A program made the translations under genes and the position numbers. The notes beneath the pieces were generated by a model. It was not told the origin of the DNA. It saw only the letters and a program-made list of their open reading frames with translations, and did no database searches. Shown here piece after piece: positions 1-9,760 of a stretch of 64,000 nucleotides of DNA (the stretch's first letter is position 1; every line of letters starts with the position of its first letter). The stretch lies in sequence record SRR31156797_6845. The stretch is one strand, 5' to 3'.

Positions 1-2
1 TT

Positions 3-1034
3 CATCATACCCAGAAAAAAGGATTTACCGCTTCTGTAGCTTGGACGAACAAGGAAAAGAAAGCACAACAGCACGTTTTTGCCATAGACATACTTTTTGA
101 CGAAATTGAACTCCTTTTAAAGACCATTAATAAAAAGAAATCTTCGTTACTTTTTCTTGCCAATTCCAAGAATAACTATTTTATCACCGAACAACCTGAG
201 ATAGCAGATCGTTACGATCCTGACCATCTTGCAGGGGCCAGAACAGTACTGCCTGAAGTCATTGAGATATGGAAAGGTGAGGGAGCACCTGTCTCAAGCC
301 CTCTGGAACTGCGCATTAATAACCAGCAGTGGATCGCCTCTTTTCAACCCCTTTTCCCTGAACAAGCGTTTTTGTGGATAGGGGTAATATCAAATGATAA
401 AGCCCTGCTAGGATCCCTGGAAAAATCGCTTTTCACAATCGACATCTTTGATGTCGGCATTGCTTTCACTGCTGCCTTGCTGCTCTTTTTTGTAATATGG
501 AAAACAGGTCTATTCCGTCTTGATCCGCCACATGTCCCAACATCAAAGGAAAGATTTAGTCAATATCTAGCTGCGGGTGAAGGTGCAGCAATCGAATTTA
601 AATCAACCATCCGGACAAACCTGAAAACTAATAAACAAGGGAAGGAGATTGAATTTGCCTGGCTCAAGGCATTAACAGCCTTTCTCAATTGCCAGGGGGG
701 AGCCTTACTTCTAGGAGTGAATGACAACGGTGAACTACTGGGTTTGGACGCAGATATTTTTGAAAATGATGATAAAATCCTGCTTCATATAAAGAATCTT
801 ATAAACCATCACATCGGTGCTGAATTTTCGTCATACATCTCATTTTCATTGCTGAATATGAACCAGGGAAAGGCAATGATGATTGAGACCCTTCCAGCAG
901 CCAACCCTGTCTTTTTAAAAATTGGTAAAAACGAAGAATTTTATATCAGATCAGGCCCTTCTTCTATAAAACTGACACCAAGCCAAACGGTTAGCTTTGT
1001 GCTCCAGCATCAGGAGCAGAAGCAGCCAAATTAA
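3..1034 (+). CDS. 5'-partial membrane protein: Cache/PDC-like extracytoplasmic segment, TM helix, C-terminal Schlafen/AlbA_2 domain
   Basis: Frame is open from base 3, so the true start is upstream of the window. TM segment VGIAFTAALLLFFVIW. AlbA_2 motifs GEGAAIEFKST, AFLNCQGGALLLGVNDNG, FYIRSGPSS. Confidence 0.8.
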   Translation, partial: HHTQKKGFTASVAWTNKEKKAQQHVFAIDILFDEIELLLKTINKKKSSLLFLANSKNNYFITEQPEIADRYDPDHLAGARTVLPEVIEIWKGEGAPVSSPLELRINNQQWIASFQPLFPEQAFLWIGVISNDKALLGSLEKSLFTIDIFDVGIAFTAALLLFFVIWKTGLFRLDPPHVPTSKERFSQYLAAGEGAAIEFKSTIRTNLKTNKQGKEIEFAWLKALTAFLNCQGGALLLGVNDNGELLGLDADIFENDDKILLHIKNLINHHIGAEFSSYISFSLLNMNQGKAMMIETLPAANPVFLKIGKNEEFYIRSGPSSIKLTPSQTVSFVLQHQEQKQPN

Positions 1035-1062
1035 CGTGTTTTTTCAGACTACTTAACGGGGC

Positions 1063-2874
1063 CTATGATAAGGAAGTATGCTTTTTCAAATCTAAATCAA
1101 CAAATTTTTTATAAACAGAATCTCCGGCCATCAGTTCTTTGTGGGTGCCTTGTGCAACAATAATTCCTTTATCGATAACGATAATACGATCTACCCTCCT
1201 GATGGTTGAAAGGCGATGAGCTATTATTAAAGAAGTACGCCCTTTAAACGATACCTCAACCGCATGTTCAAGCATCTTTTCCGATTCCACATCGATAGAC
1301 GATGTTGCCTCATCCAAGACCAGGATAGCTGGATCACGATACAGAGCACGCACAAAAGAAAGCAACTGTTTCTCCCCGACTGACAAATCCTTCACATCCT
1401 CACCGATAATCGTATTTAACCCTTTGGGCAATTTATCGATAAATGACTGGAGTCCTGTCTGGTTAAGGATGGTCGACAATTTATCTTGATCAAGGGGGCG
1501 GTCGAGGATGATATTGGCAAGAACCGTATCCGGAAAAATAAAAATATCCTGCATAATAATGCCAATATAGTTCCGTAACTCCTTTAACGAAAAATCGCGC
1601 AGATCGATTTGTTGAATTTTGATTAACCCTTGATCCGGGTCGTAAAACCTTGCCAGTAAATGAATCATGGTGGATTTTCCAGATCCAGTGGACCCAACCA
1701 GGGCAACGGATTCTCCGGTCTTGATTCTCAGGTCGATCCCCGTGAGAACCGGCACTTCTTTGTTGTAACCGAACCATATTCCATCAAAGCAAATATCACC
1801 TTGTGCCGGTGCTTTCCGAGGAACGATATTTGGGTCTCCATCCTTTAACCGTGGACAGGTATCAAGCAGTTGAAAAATTCGTTCGGCTGAAGCCATTGCA
1901 GACTGAACAATTGAATATTTCTGAGAGAGTTCACGCAATGGTTGAAAAAAAAGCCGCATATAAGAAAGAAAGGCAACAAGCTCACCAAGGGTCAACTGGC
2001 TGCGGATGATTTCACCGCCTCCATACCATAGAATCAAAGCCACTGCAGTTGAACTCATAAAGTCGGTCAGTGGCATAAATCCAGCAAACAAACGAACCTG
2101 CTTAATATTGCGTGTCAGATACTCGCTTGTCTGTTCGTCATATTTTTGCTGGCTTGTATGTTGACGGTTAAAAAGCTGTATAATATTTATCGATGTAAGC
2201 GATTCAGCAAGAAACCCATTCAACACTGCTACTTGAGTACGGATTTTACGAAATTTATCTCGAGCTATACGAGAAAAATAAAATGTTAACCAAAGGGCCA
2301 AAGGGATAAAAATAGTCATAAGCAGGGCAAGCCTGCCATTCATGTAATACAGAAGACAAAAGATACCAAACAACTTGAGGACATCATTAAACAGGGTGAC
2401 CATGACCGAGGTGAACATTTCATGCATATTCTGGACGTCATTGGTTAATCTGGTCACCAACTGCCCCACCCGCTGCTCATGAAAAAAATACATGTCAAGG
2501 GTAAGAATATGGGCAAAGAGTTTTTGTCGCACAGAATCCATTATTGACTGCCCGGCCCATTCAAGAAGAACTATTTGGGTAAATCCGCCACAGAAGACAA
2601 TGCCGACAAGCACACCGTAGCCAATAATGATATCGCGTAACCCTTCCAGCCGTTGCGGCATATCAAGCCCGGTTTGCGGAGCAATATAATTGTCGATGGC
2701 AAGCTGCATCAACTTTGGCAGCATAAGGCTGGCTATAGTGATAAGCAATGAAAGGAAAACCGCACTCCACAATGCTGCAGCATGCTGCCTACAATAGCTG
2801 AGAATACGACTCCAGAGATGCACATCTCTGACATTCCCCTGGTGCCCTTCTTCTGAATAACCGTAGTTACGCAT
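1063..2874 (-). CDS. ABC exporter permease/ATPase subunit (MdlB/YheH-like)
   Basis: N-terminal TMD; Walker A GSTGSGKS, degenerate signature LSVGEKQ, Walker B ILVLDEATSSID, H-loop IAHR. Confidence 0.92.
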   Translation of the reverse strand: MRNYGYSEEGHQGNVRDVHLWSRILSYCRQHAAALWSAVFLSLLITIASLMLPKLMQLAIDNYIAPQTGLDMPQRLEGLRDIIIGYGVLVGIVFCGGFTQIVLLEWAGQSIMDSVRQKLFAHILTLDMYFFHEQRVGQLVTRLTNDVQNMHEMFTSVMVTLFNDVLKLFGIFCLLYYMNGRLALLMTIFIPLALWLTFYFSRIARDKFRKIRTQVAVLNGFLAESLTSINIIQLFNRQHTSQQKYDEQTSEYLTRNIKQVRLFAGFMPLTDFMSSTAVALILWYGGGEIIRSQLTLGELVAFLSYMRLFFQPLRELSQKYSIVQSAMASAERIFQLLDTCPRLKDGDPNIVPRKAPAQGDICFDGIWFGYNKEVPVLTGIDLRIKTGESVALVGSTGSGKSTMIHLLARFYDPDQGLIKIQQIDLRDFSLKELRNYIGIIMQDIFIFPDTVLANIILDRPLDQDKLSTILNQTGLQSFIDKLPKGLNTIIGEDVKDLSVGEKQLLSFVRALYRDPAILVLDEATSSIDVESEKMLEHAVEVSFKGRTSLIIAHRLSTIRRVDRIIVIDKGIIVAQGTHKELMAGDSVYKKFVDLDLKKHTSLS

Positions 2875-4627
2875 CGGTTTGCTGTTTGTCTACCATTGCT
2901 CTATAAAAGGGATGTCCTAGTAATTGACTGTGATCACCCCGAGCGACCACCTCTCCCTTATCAAGAATAATTATATTATCAGCCAATTGAAGGACATTTA
3001 TTCGATGCGAAACAATGATAATTGACTGATAGCTTTGTGAAGAAAGTAAACTTTGCAATACCTGTTGCTCGGTCTCCACATCAATAGCATTCAAACCGTC
3101 ATCAATTACAAGTAAAGAACGATTGCACAGAAGGGCCCTGGCCAGGGCTAAACGTTGACGCTGCCCCCCGGAAAGTCGCACCCCCCGTTCACCGATAAGA
3201 GTAGCATAGCCTTCCGGGAGTTGTAGAATCTCCTCGTGGATGGCAGCCGCACGAGCTGCATCCTCTATTTCATCCTGACTCGCTCCAGGCCTCCCAAAGG
3301 CTATATTATACTTGATGGTTTCAGAAAAAAGTGTTGTTTCCTGCGGCAAATAAGCAATGTGTTTTCGTATTTCGTCCACAGCCAGGTCATTGACATCACT
3401 TTTGTTACAAAAAAGACACCCTCTCTTAACCGGGTACATTCGAAGCAGTAATTTGCACAGTGTTGATTTGCCAGATCCTGTCTTTCCTGTAATAGCAAAA
3501 TGTCCGGGTTCAATGTCCAAGCAGATGTCTGCGAGCACCTTTCTTTCTGTGTCGGGGTAGCAAAAGCTGAGGTGCCGACAGGTAAAATTCAAAGCAGATG
3601 CATTTGCCGAAATAGTACCCGTTCCGCTGATTACTATCGGCCTTTCATGGAGCAGGCGGTGAATTCTTCTTAAGGAAGTCATACCCCTTTGGACAACATT
3701 GGCAACCCAACCAACAGCCATCATTGGCCAAATCAACATATACATGTAGGTTATGAAAGCTACGAATTCACCAATGGTAATTACCTTAGTCATCACCAGA
3801 ATTCCGCCGTTATACAAGACAAGCAGCATGCCAATATTGCCGATTAAAGTAGATGCAGGAAAAAGAGCCCCCTGGATGACCGCGACATTGAGGTTGCTTT
3901 TGACATACTTTTTTCCCAATCGTGCGAACCGCTGCTGTTGCAGCCTTTCCAATGTGTAACCCTGGATTAGTTGGATTGATGTAAGTGTAGTGCGCGCAAA
4001 TTCAGTGATAAGGGCGAATTGCTCTTGGACAAGGTTGAAACGATTATGCAGCCGAGCGGATAAAATTCGAGTACAGATTGCCAAAAGCGGCATTGGCATG
4101 AGCGCATACAAGGTAAGTTTAGGACTTATTGCCACCATAAACCCAATGCCTACAGAAGTCAGCACCATGGCATCGACAGCTGCCACCAACCCCATACCGC
4201 AAGCCATCTGAATGGCATTTAAATCATTACTTGCATGGGCCATCAAATCACCAGTTTTCCAACGCTCAAAAAAAGGCTGATCCATCTTCAAAATATGGAC
4301 AAAAAGTTTGTCTCTTATATCTTTTTCCAGAATTCGTGAAAAACCAATGATAAGCAGGCGCCACCAAAATCGAAGAAACACAACACATGCTGCGGCACTG
4401 ATAATGGCAACACCCAACCATAAAAGAGAATCGGAGGTGGCACTCTTTTGGGCAAGCGAATCAACCCCTTGCCTAATAAACTTAGGGATGATTAATTGAA
4501 TAACATCCACACAAACCAGAGCAAAAAAACCTATCAAAAGACGTATTCTATACCTACGAAAAAGAGGAGCAATAATCTGCAAAACAGATTTCAGATTACT
4601 ATTTTTCCAAAACAAAAAGAAGCTCAT
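2867..4627 (-). CDS. ABC exporter permease/ATPase subunit (MdlA/YheI-like)
   Basis: TMD plus GKTGSGKS, LSGGQRQR and non-canonical Walker B LVIDDGLNAID; overlaps partner gene by 8 bp, typical of a heterodimeric exporter. Confidence 0.92.
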   Translation of the reverse strand: MSFFLFWKNSNLKSVLQIIAPLFRRYRIRLLIGFFALVCVDVIQLIIPKFIRQGVDSLAQKSATSDSLLWLGVAIISAAACVVFLRFWWRLLIIGFSRILEKDIRDKLFVHILKMDQPFFERWKTGDLMAHASNDLNAIQMACGMGLVAAVDAMVLTSVGIGFMVAISPKLTLYALMPMPLLAICTRILSARLHNRFNLVQEQFALITEFARTTLTSIQLIQGYTLERLQQQRFARLGKKYVKSNLNVAVIQGALFPASTLIGNIGMLLVLYNGGILVMTKVITIGEFVAFITYMYMLIWPMMAVGWVANVVQRGMTSLRRIHRLLHERPIVISGTGTISANASALNFTCRHLSFCYPDTERKVLADICLDIEPGHFAITGKTGSGKSTLCKLLLRMYPVKRGCLFCNKSDVNDLAVDEIRKHIAYLPQETTLFSETIKYNIAFGRPGASQDEIEDAARAAAIHEEILQLPEGYATLIGERGVRLSGGQRQRLALARALLCNRSLLVIDDGLNAIDVETEQQVLQSLLSSQSYQSIIIVSHRINVLQLADNIIILDKGEVVARGDHSQLLGHPFYRAMVDKQQTDA

Positions 4628-5628
4628 GGACGAGAGTGCAACAATTCGTTGTAGGCCGATGTTAACCTGACAAACTGATCATGATCACCGCCTTTGTCCG
4701 GATGCATGCTATGCGCCTTCTTACGATAGAGACGTGTTAATTGTTTTTTAGTCATAGCTGCTATCTGCTCATGGCTTACTTCAAAAACTGCTGCAGCTTC
4801 AGCCACAGACATTTTTTTTACCGAAGCAGGTGGCCGATAAGCTCTTCTCGCCCTTCTCTGTCGCTGTCCCATTGGGTTCCATGACAAATCCCCCTCATGA
4901 GCTAAATCAAAATACATAAACAAATATCGAAGCAAATACTTGGGAGTACCAGCACTTCTCTGATAACCTGCCCAAAATGCATGGTCTTGATCCAACTGAC
5001 AATACTCCTTAAGAAAATACTCATCTACTTTTTCCTGATCAAGAGTACTTGGGACTCTACGGGCATGTCGATCCATAAAAAAACGTTGCAGATCAAAAAT
5101 AGAAAACAGATAATTTCTATATTCCCGAGGCTGCAGATCCATTTCTCGAGATAGGATAAGCTGCTCAATTTCATCCCGCGACTTATTGAGCAAAACCTTA
5201 TAAAGAGGAGGAGATTTATCAAGAATTTGGGTGCTGCAATGACCGAACCGAAGGAAATGAATCCTTCTTTTATCAAGGACATGAGTTTCAGTAATGACTC
5301 GCACCCGCTCGCTCGCATCCATTGGCTGCCACTTACGATATTTGTGACGGTTGCGGAACGGCTCTAATTTATAACGTATATAGGGAGTAAGAAATGGGAA
5401 AAAGAGATCTTCCAGCTCATCTTCACTGGCACCCACTCCCTTTTTTTCCAATGCTTCGAGAATAACGTTATCGAGCTGATAATGGGAATCGTCTGAATAA
5501 ATGATGAATTTATCAGGGTGACGCCCAAGGTTAAACACACACCGAGACCTGTAAACACTACCCTCCCGAAATGATTGCCGTAAAACGTAGTGAACCCCAT
5601 GCCGAGTTGTTTTTTGCGCAAGATACAT
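4624..5628 (-). CDS. Protein with C-terminal J-domain (class C DnaJ-like)
   Basis: C-terminal YRKKAHSMHPDKGGD..F..L..AY with intact HPD. Confidence 0.85.
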   Translation of the reverse strand: MYLAQKTTRHGVHYVLRQSFREGSVYRSRCVFNLGRHPDKFIIYSDDSHYQLDNVILEALEKKGVGASEDELEDLFFPFLTPYIRYKLEPFRNRHKYRKWQPMDASERVRVITETHVLDKRRIHFLRFGHCSTQILDKSPPLYKVLLNKSRDEIEQLILSREMDLQPREYRNYLFSIFDLQRFFMDRHARRVPSTLDQEKVDEYFLKEYCQLDQDHAFWAGYQRSAGTPKYLLRYLFMYFDLAHEGDLSWNPMGQRQRRARRAYRPPASVKKMSVAEAAAVFEVSHEQIAAMTKKQLTRLYRKKAHSMHPDKGGDHDQFVRLTSAYNELLHSRP

Positions 5629-5689
5629 ACTATCTGTAAATTTCCAACGGTTAAAAAAGACGGCAATTCAGCTGCAGCATGCAGACATG

Positions 5690-7672
5690 TCAAGTGTTCA
5701 CCTGATGCAGAAAATGCTGCACAACATAATCCACCGTATCAATGGAAAAGGGTTTGGTAAGAGCGGCAACAAACCCATATTCTTTATAATTGAGAATAAC
5801 CTCATTGCCAGCATCCCCACTGATTAAAATAATCTTTGCCTCTGGGTTGCAATCAAGGATTTTTTCAGAAGTCTGTACCCCGCCCATACCTTCACTGACT
5901 CTTAAATCAAGCAAAATCAAGTCAAATCCTGCTCCCTCTTTTTCGCCTTTGAGAAAAAGAGACACCGCCTCTTCACCGCTTGCAGCGAGACTGACGTTAC
6001 AATTATAGTGCTGAAACATCTTTTTATTAATAATGCGCATCATTTCGTCGTCGTCCATGACCAGCACCCGTGGCTGTCGGGCAAGATGTTCTTCAAACAT
6101 TGCTTCGCTCGTTACAGATGGTTCAGCCAGAGGCAAATACATGTGGACGGCGCATCCCAAGCCAGGGGATGACTCAACCCAAACTATGCCTCGATGTTTT
6201 TTGATAGTGGAATGTACTATAGTCAAACCAAGCCCCATTCCTTTCTGGGCCCCCTTTTGCTTAGTTGAAAAGTAGGGATCAAATACATGGTCTAAAATTT
6301 CAGGGGCAATACCTGATCCGGTATCTTTAAAAATAATTCGGACCAGTTCACAGGAAGGCAGAGGTTGTCCAGTCTGCCCAGCTTCTATTTCACCATCTAC
6401 ACTCTCCATGGCTACATGAATAGTGCCGCTGTCATTCATAGCATCAACCGCATTACTGGTGAGATTGGTCAAAACCTGATGAATGAGTGAAGCATCTAAT
6501 TTTAACGATGCATCCCTGCTCTTGTCTTCTACCTGCAAAGAAATATTGGTACCTTCAAGTTCATCCTGAAGCGTCTTCGTCACCAGTTCGCTCAGGTTCA
6601 CCATTTTTATTTGCGGTAAATAATTATCAGAAAAAGTGGTGAATTTCCGGATTAGCTGAACGGTTAACTGCAGCGCCTTGGCAGCTTCATCAAGTAACTC
6701 ATCAACCGCTTTCTCCTTGCTCAAAAAACGAGACATTTCAAGGTTGCCGCTGATGATAGTCAACAAGTTATTGAAATCATGGGCAATACCTCCTGCCATC
6801 ACTGACATCGCATCAATTTTCTGAATCCGGTGCAGTTCCTTTTCAAGTTTTCGTTGTTTCTTTTCAAGAAGCTTGTGTGATGTAATATCCTTGAGAATGC
6901 CTATGATAAAAATTGTCTCATCTTCAGGTACAGGGACAAAATTCATAATAACCTGTTGCCCTGCCAAGCTAACAGGCTTGTCATAATCAAAAACCAGTGG
7001 TGTCAAATCATCAGGCGGCACAAGAGAGGCAATCCATTTTTTTACAACCTGCTGCTCTTTTCCTGGAATCATATTATAGATGCGATTGCTTAGGATCTGC
7101 GCCTCATCAATCCCAAAAAGCTGTATGGCCGCGCTGTTTGCCATCACGATTCTGCCTTCATGGTTCAGTTCAACTACACCTTCAGTCATGTTTGCTAATA
7201 TGACATCACGATGTCGTTTGCTGACCAGGAGTTCTTTTGTCACCTCCCTTGGGTAAAGGTCCTCCATCCCTTCTATGGTGCCATCGTTGCAAACTCCTGA
7301 CTTAAATTTTACCAAAGCTGCCTGGATATGGGTTCGCATGGTTGCCGCAGGCCCCTTGGCAATACAAACGTCAGCTCCTATCTTGGTTGTATGATAGTCA
7401 TCTTCCATAGCAACGCCTGAAAGGATAACCAAAAATATATGCTTCAACTCAGGAGTATTGCGGATGATAAAGGAAAGCTTCTCACCATCTATCTTTGGCA
7501 TAATCAGATCGGTAAAAATGATATCCGGTCTGCGGGAGGCTATAAAATCGAGGGCTTCCAGTCCATTTTCAGCAGTTTGGACATACCAGCCTTCTTTTTC
7601 GAGCACAGAACTGACTATTCGGCGTATCACCGGACTATTATCTACCACAAGGGCATATGGCTGATTATCCAT
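5690..7672 (-). CDS. Hybrid sensor histidine kinase REC-PAS-HisKA-HATPase-REC
   Basis: N-terminal REC (FTDLIMPKIDG), PAS, H-box AGGIAHDFNNLL, G-boxes DTGSG/GMGLGL, C-terminal REC; ATG at 7672 preferred over TTG at 7678. Confidence 0.9.
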   Translation of the reverse strand: MDNQPYALVVDNSPVIRRIVSSVLEKEGWYVQTAENGLEALDFIASRRPDIIFTDLIMPKIDGEKLSFIIRNTPELKHIFLVILSGVAMEDDYHTTKIGADVCIAKGPAATMRTHIQAALVKFKSGVCNDGTIEGMEDLYPREVTKELLVSKRHRDVILANMTEGVVELNHEGRIVMANSAAIQLFGIDEAQILSNRIYNMIPGKEQQVVKKWIASLVPPDDLTPLVFDYDKPVSLAGQQVIMNFVPVPEDETIFIIGILKDITSHKLLEKKQRKLEKELHRIQKIDAMSVMAGGIAHDFNNLLTIISGNLEMSRFLSKEKAVDELLDEAAKALQLTVQLIRKFTTFSDNYLPQIKMVNLSELVTKTLQDELEGTNISLQVEDKSRDASLKLDASLIHQVLTNLTSNAVDAMNDSGTIHVAMESVDGEIEAGQTGQPLPSCELVRIIFKDTGSGIAPEILDHVFDPYFSTKQKGAQKGMGLGLTIVHSTIKKHRGIVWVESSPGLGCAVHMYLPLAEPSVTSEAMFEEHLARQPRVLVMDDDEMMRIINKKMFQHYNCNVSLAASGEEAVSLFLKGEKEGAGFDLILLDLRVSEGMGGVQTSEKILDCNPEAKIILISGDAGNEVILNYKEYGFVAALTKPFSIDTVDYVVQHFLHQVNT

Positions 7673-8033
7673 TTTCAAGAAGCTCCTTTACTGTCTGCGC
7701 CAACTCTTTTACATCAAAGGGTTTACTGAACACTCTGTCTGCCCCTAGTTCCTTTGCAGCCGGGAGGTAGGCCTCAGGCCCAATACGTCCCCCTCCAGAG
7801 ATGGCAATAATACGAACAGTAGGATACATATTTTTAAGTTCGGTGATGGTCTCCAACCCTTCCTGTTCCGGCATTATTAAGTCAGTTATAACGAGGTCTG
7901 CCTGCAGTTTTTGCTGCATTTTCATGCCAGCCCGGCCATCCTCAGCCTCCACCACCTCATACCCGGCCCACTCCATCACCTGGCGAAGTAATTTCCGCAT
8001 TTGCTCATCATCGTCTATAACTAGTACTCTCAT
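7665..8033 (-). CDS. Single-domain response regulator
   Basis: VLVIDDD, ITDLIMP, KPF receiver motifs. Confidence 0.92.
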   Translation of the reverse strand: MRVLVIDDDEQMRKLLRQVMEWAGYEVVEAEDGRAGMKMQQKLQADLVITDLIMPEQEGLETITELKNMYPTVRIIAISGGGRIGPEAYLPAAKELGADRVFSKPFDVKELAQTVKELLENG

Positions 8034-9760
8034 ACTTCTTCCTTTGGCTTGCTAGGCAATAATTCCCGAATAGCGACAGCTAAGAGATGCATGTCCAGCG
8101 GCTTGGCAAGAAAACGACGTATGCCTGCATCCTTTGCCTCTTCAGGGGTAATGGGATCACTATAGCCGGAACAAAGAATTATCGGTAACTCTTTGTCATA
8201 TTCCAACGCGGCTTTTGCAAGCTGTAAACCGGTCATCCTCGGCATGGTATGATCAGTGATTAAAAGATCAACCCTGTTCTTTCCTTCAACAAAATACTGT
8301 AAAGCATCTTCAGGTTTGGTTGCAGGCAAGACTGTATACCCGAGAAACTCAAGCATCCTTGTCCGCATCTCAACAATTTCTTGTTCATCATCGACAAAAA
8401 GGATCGTTTCAGAACCACTCGGCAGGCTGGCTGCCACCTCCTCTTCAAGGATGCTTTCCTCAAGAATACGAGGAAAAAAAATCGTGAATGCAGTCCCTTT
8501 TCCTAGTTTTGATTTAACGTCAACAACCCCATCATGGCCTAAAATAATTCCATGAAGCACTGCCAGTCCCATACCCGTCCCATCTCCGACAGAGCGGGTG
8601 GTAAAAAACGGATCAAAGATTCGCTGCAAGTCATTTTCAGAAATGCCCCTCCCGTTATCCTGCACAGTAATTACCACATATCGGCCTGGCTCTAGGCTTG
8701 GGTAACGATTCTGCTCTGCATTTCCTGCCTCAACCTCACGAAGAGAGATTTCAATTGTACCAACACCGTTCTCGAAAGACTGGGCTGCATTATTCCCTAG
8801 GTGCATCAAAACCTGCTGTACTTGCCCAGGATCAGCCATAACAGGGCCAATATTACTCGCGATTGTAACTTTCAGCTCAATAGTGGCTGGCAATGATGAG
8901 CGCAGCAGTTTACAGGATTCTTTTATTAACGGGCTGATGTCGATACGTCTTCTTTTGACTTCAGATTGACGGCTGAAAGCAAGTATCTGAGTGACGAGTT
9001 CCTTGGCTCTTTCTCCAGCCCGCTTAATGGAATCAATATGCTCAACTATTTCCCCTGTGGTTATTTTTCCTTGTAAAACATCAGAATTATCAACTGCGCC
9101 TTCTTGCGGAAGTCGGTACAGTAAAAGGTCCGCATTACCAAGGATAGCACCTAGAATATTATTAAAATCGTGAGCTATGCCTCCAGCCAGGGTGGCAATT
9201 GCTTCCATTTTGTGTGCCTGAACCAATTGCTTTTCCAATTGACGCTGATGACTAATATCCTTCACTGCATATATATAACCATCTATCTCCCCCTGGTTAA
9301 GTATGGGCGTACAAGATACTGAATAAATCCTGTTTAAATATGCATGTTTCACTTCTTGACTACAGGGTTGTTTTTCCTTTCTTACATCTGGGATCTGGCA
9401 AAATTTACAGGGTTCCAGGGTACCGGTAAAAAGCTTATAACAATACTGACCGTTGAGATCTGACCCATCTATAGAGAGAAGTTCAATTGCGGCCTCATTG
9501 GCCCTCACCACTTTTAATTGTTTATCAAGGATCAACACAGGGTCCACAATAGCGTTAAATGGAAACTGCCAGTCAGCCAAAAAATAATCGAGTTCATGGC
9601 TTTGCTCACTATCGATCTTTTTGCCAGTATCTCTTATTCCATCACCAGCAAGCTCAGTTCTACTTTTTATATTACCAGGCCTGATTTTCACTACATAGTA
9701 TATAAGAGTAAAAATGAGGTATATGACTAGGATAAAGCTGAGCCAGATCCAAAAATTCAT
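8030..9760 (-). CDS. Membrane-anchored hybrid histidine kinase TM-PAS-HisKA-HATPase-REC
   Basis: N-terminal TM, PAS with CYKLF...CKFC, AGGIAHDFNNIL, FDPFFTT, GTGMGL, C-terminal REC. Confidence 0.9.
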   Translation of the reverse strand: MNFWIWLSFILVIYLIFTLIYYVVKIRPGNIKSRTELAGDGIRDTGKKIDSEQSHELDYFLADWQFPFNAIVDPVLILDKQLKVVRANEAAIELLSIDGSDLNGQYCYKLFTGTLEPCKFCQIPDVRKEKQPCSQEVKHAYLNRIYSVSCTPILNQGEIDGYIYAVKDISHQRQLEKQLVQAHKMEAIATLAGGIAHDFNNILGAILGNADLLLYRLPQEGAVDNSDVLQGKITTGEIVEHIDSIKRAGERAKELVTQILAFSRQSEVKRRRIDISPLIKESCKLLRSSLPATIELKVTIASNIGPVMADPGQVQQVLMHLGNNAAQSFENGVGTIEISLREVEAGNAEQNRYPSLEPGRYVVITVQDNGRGISENDLQRIFDPFFTTRSVGDGTGMGLAVLHGIILGHDGVVDVKSKLGKGTAFTIFFPRILEESILEEEVAASLPSGSETILFVDDEQEIVEMRTRMLEFLGYTVLPATKPEDALQYFVEGKNRVDLLITDHTMPRMTGLQLAKAALEYDKELPIILCSGYSDPITPEEAKDAGIRRFLAKPLDMHLLAVAIRELLPSKPKEEV

